DNA of 64,000 nt from Takakia lepidozioides. Taxonomy: Eukaryota; Plantae; Bryophyta. Shown piece after piece: positions 61,001-64,000 of this stretch (within the stretch, counting starts at the first letter, position 1; every line of letters starts with the position of its first letter). Location of the stretch: the NCBI GenBank assembly GCA_030704615.1, contig CM060734.1:12648001-12712000 (forward strand), given 5' to 3'. A program made the translations under genes and the position numbers. The notes below the pieces were generated by a model. That model had not been told where the DNA came from and did no database searches. It saw only the letters and a list, made by a program, of their open reading frames with translations.

Positions 61001-61729
61001 CTCAATGCTTGGGATCTGATTTTCTGACAGGGCAGTAAAACTGCCCTTGAGGGAAGACAATCAAGCTTGCAGGGGCAATCACTTCCCCTACAACCCATAG
61101 GGGGAAGGGGAAGGAAAAAAAGTGAACATTGCAAATATTGACCAAGCTGCTGGACTAGACAATACGTAGAATGCTGCAATAAACTTTCATGTTTCAGAAC
61201 CAAGGAAGCTGATTGGTAATGCCAGTGGACTACTGCAGACATGCACATCATGGAATTGCCAGAGATCATACACAGATACGATGGGGCCAGGCCTTCCCTC
61301 TCCAAAGGATTGCCTTTGCAGGGTTCCCAAGTGCTACTTGCTACAGGGCAGCCAGTTTGCGCGAACTCAACTGCATGGAAACAAGGGCAGTGTATGTGTT
61401 TACCTGGCCAGCTGCAATTGATTGGGAGCCGAATCCCTTGTCTAGCTTCGATGCATGTGCAACCTCGGTAATACTTGGACCTCATGCTTTTTCTTTCCTC
61501 TGCTGTGCCACAACAAAATAAGCTAAGTCCGCATCACTAAAGAGGCTATGAAACATTCAGTGCTCCACATTGCCACATAGCAACTAACCAGACCATCCGC
61601 ATATATGCAAACATTTGTACATATGTATAGATACATACCTACATACTTATATATGTGCTAAGGTTCTGTCAACATGAAACTTGAAGTGTCAGCTTTAGAC
61701 ATTTATCAGGATATTATCCACGTTGAGTT

Positions 61730-64000
61730 CGCCGAAACATCGACACAAGTGAAGCATTGAGAATGAGCTCGGGAAACAGAGGCTACAAGGACAACATTTT
61801 GGAATTGAAGCGAATCAGCAGGTACATTCAAGATAGTGTGTTCCCAGGACAAGGATAAAACAAAGTTGTCCTTTTCAAGATGTCGACAACTGGGGAGGGC
61901 AGTGGGGTCAGCCTTGTAAAGATGATTTGCCAGGAGGGGGTGGCGGTGCGATATGGAGAAGTGCTTTCTTATATTTGATCAAGTGAAACGAATGAAAGAT
62001 TGGACAACAATGACATATCATGTTTATGACCCTGAATCCAAGAGTCATGATAATTGCAGTGTTTGCAAAACATGCAATCAGAGATATTGCCAGAATCCCA
62101 GCAGCTGATGTGAAATCTTTGATTCGTGTTATGGGATGCCATGGTGTCTCATCTCCAAAATTTTGCAGGATTCATGGCCGAAAGTGCTCAGGCGAATTTC
62201 AATGCGGTTTGTATTGTCTTCGGATCGGGTGATCCAAAAGTGCCCATGCCGGAAAGAGAACGTACATGTCTTTTCCATTGGACACAGTCGATGGAAAAAA
62301 CATACAAAGGCAGACATCAAGCCGGAGGAAGGGGAGAGATGCAGACTTGGCATCGCAGGTTGTGCCAAAAACAATACAAAGATGCCAAAACTATGGACAG
62401 AGGCGAATAATTTGTTCCAAACCATTCGTGCCTGGTGGTTCTCGAGTCTGGGGCTGCATCCCTGGACAGTACAGAGCACTGGAAGACCGGCTTGCATTTG
62501 GGCCCTTCCGGTTACAGGAAGTGGGGAGAGTGGGGGAGCATGCATACAAGGTACGTGCTTTGTTGCATGGAAAAATGGATCTTGGTCTCCTTTTTTTCCA
62601 TCGTTGTTGTAGAAGTTCTGAAGTGTGTTTTCCCATTGTGCAGCACATGTCCTTTGAGGCGATGACGGACATGCATCTTACAATCTGGCGGCGACCGTGC
62701 ACATGTCTGATTGCCCAACAATCAGGAGGAAACGGGAGAAGAGATTTGTATGTGGCGACAACCGACGGACCTGACGCGTGCTCTGATAGCAACAAACCAG
62801 GTAACGGGAGTTTTGCGGGTGGGGTTGGTGGCAAAGGTCCAGACAAAAATGAGTTGATGTGCGGTGCAAGAAGATCAGGGGATACTGAGCACGACAGTGT
62901 CAGGGCGGTGAGCCTTTATGCCCATGGAAACCCCTCTCGTGTCAAGAGTTCCACATTTTCTGGAAGGCGAGGAGAGATTCGACTCTTGCACGTGAAAATT
63001 GAACACCCCACTGGTTTTCGGATTTGGGATTCGCACAGGGTAGACAGAGACAACTTCTCCATGCCGCGTGTTCCCTTGCATCATAGATCCATGTCCGGAA
63101 CCAACACTGCGGAAGAAACTTCGTCACGACGCCAGGCCCCTGCATCTCCCTCTGTTAAGACAATAGTGCAAGAGAATAACATGCTACCCGATGTGGTGGA
63201 GTCCATGTGCCCCGACGACGTTTGGCACATAGAACGCACCGGTGCTGGGTCTCGGGTGAAATGTTCGGCGATCCGGGGGCACCATTTCAAGAAGTGCACG
63301 TCCTTCATATGAAGAGCAGTGCCTGGACTCCAGCTCCAACTGTCACTGGTTTGTTCCACCAATACGGCCAATCAAGGCCAAGAACCACAAAACCGGGTTG
63401 TAACGCTGATCACTATGGTAGATGCGTGCGTGGAACAGTGCGACCATCGGTGGTCATGAAGCCTGCTTCACCAAGCGTTTTGCCTGTGAAGGTGGGGACA
63501 GGTCTCTCAACTCAAGAGATTGCAATGCTGGAGGATGCGGGCTTTGCCCTTGAATGCAACGGACTGTGCGTGCAGGTGCATCGAGTTCTGCAAGTTATGA
63601 TTGATCCAGCAGATGCTCATTTGTGACCAAATAGACAGAATGGAAAGCGTTTCCCTCCAATTGCTGAATACTTCGGCAAAGTGGAATCGCAAGAAGCCGC
63701 AAGCTCGTGTGTGGCAGGCACAACGGAAGTTACTGATCTTAGTGGTATGGCCGGCTCTACAGAATGGTGACATCGACATCTGCTCTGCAGGACAAATCTT
63801 ACGACATCACTGTCTCGAATTTCTCCAATTGCACCTGTCCAGACTTTGTTGGCATGCTTTCAACAAGTTTGGGAAAGAGAGGAAAATTCATTCCATACAA
63901 ACAATCTTCTTGAAGAAGAGGATTTGTGATCCCAAGCGGGACATCTTCATCCACCAGGCCACTATGAGTTTCAATGAGGTGAATACAATATTACAGCGGG
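61730..64000 (+). mobile_element. MULE-like transposase remnant, copy 2, with degenerate SWIM finger; runs off window
   Basis: Collinear with 37007-38750 (VFPGQ, GFMA..AQANFNAVCIVFG.GDPKVPMP.RERTCLFHWTQS, VVESMC.D.VWHI.RTGAGSRVKC); YDITVSNFSNCTCPDF..IPYKQ near 63800-63903; many indels. Confidence 0.75.

Noticed and set aside
61730-64000. Programmed frameshifting in MULE copy 2
   Set aside because: Indels are numerous and scattered relative to copy 1, as expected from decay or lower sequence quality.

Overview
Eukaryotic nuclear DNA from a land plant, probably a non-seed plant. That assignment is an inference from the style of the PLS-PPR repeats and the transposon families. The window is TE-dense and heavily rearranged. 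Host genes are an intact, apparently intronless adenylyl-sulfate kinase, a choline-phosphate cytidylyltransferase pseudogene, a frameshifted EDR4-like zinc-ribbon gene and a B3-domain remnant. The rest is nested CACTA, hAT, MULE-like, LINE and Copia remnants plus two inverted satellite arrays. Three observations stand out. (1) A 7.7-kb Pack-CACTA element (TIRs plus TCC TSD) sits in the intron of another CACTA transposase and carries amplified PLS-PPR/E/DYW RNA-editing modules and OSB-type PDF-motif exons, with a reconstructable internal inversion. (2) A covarying, multi-hairpin RNA fold recurs at three retroposon 3' ends. (3) A TTAA-flanked, CCCC-ended piggyBac-like element has its empty site visible elsewhere in the window. 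All family calls come from motif recognition by eye; no database searches were run, and boundaries of decayed elements are approximate.
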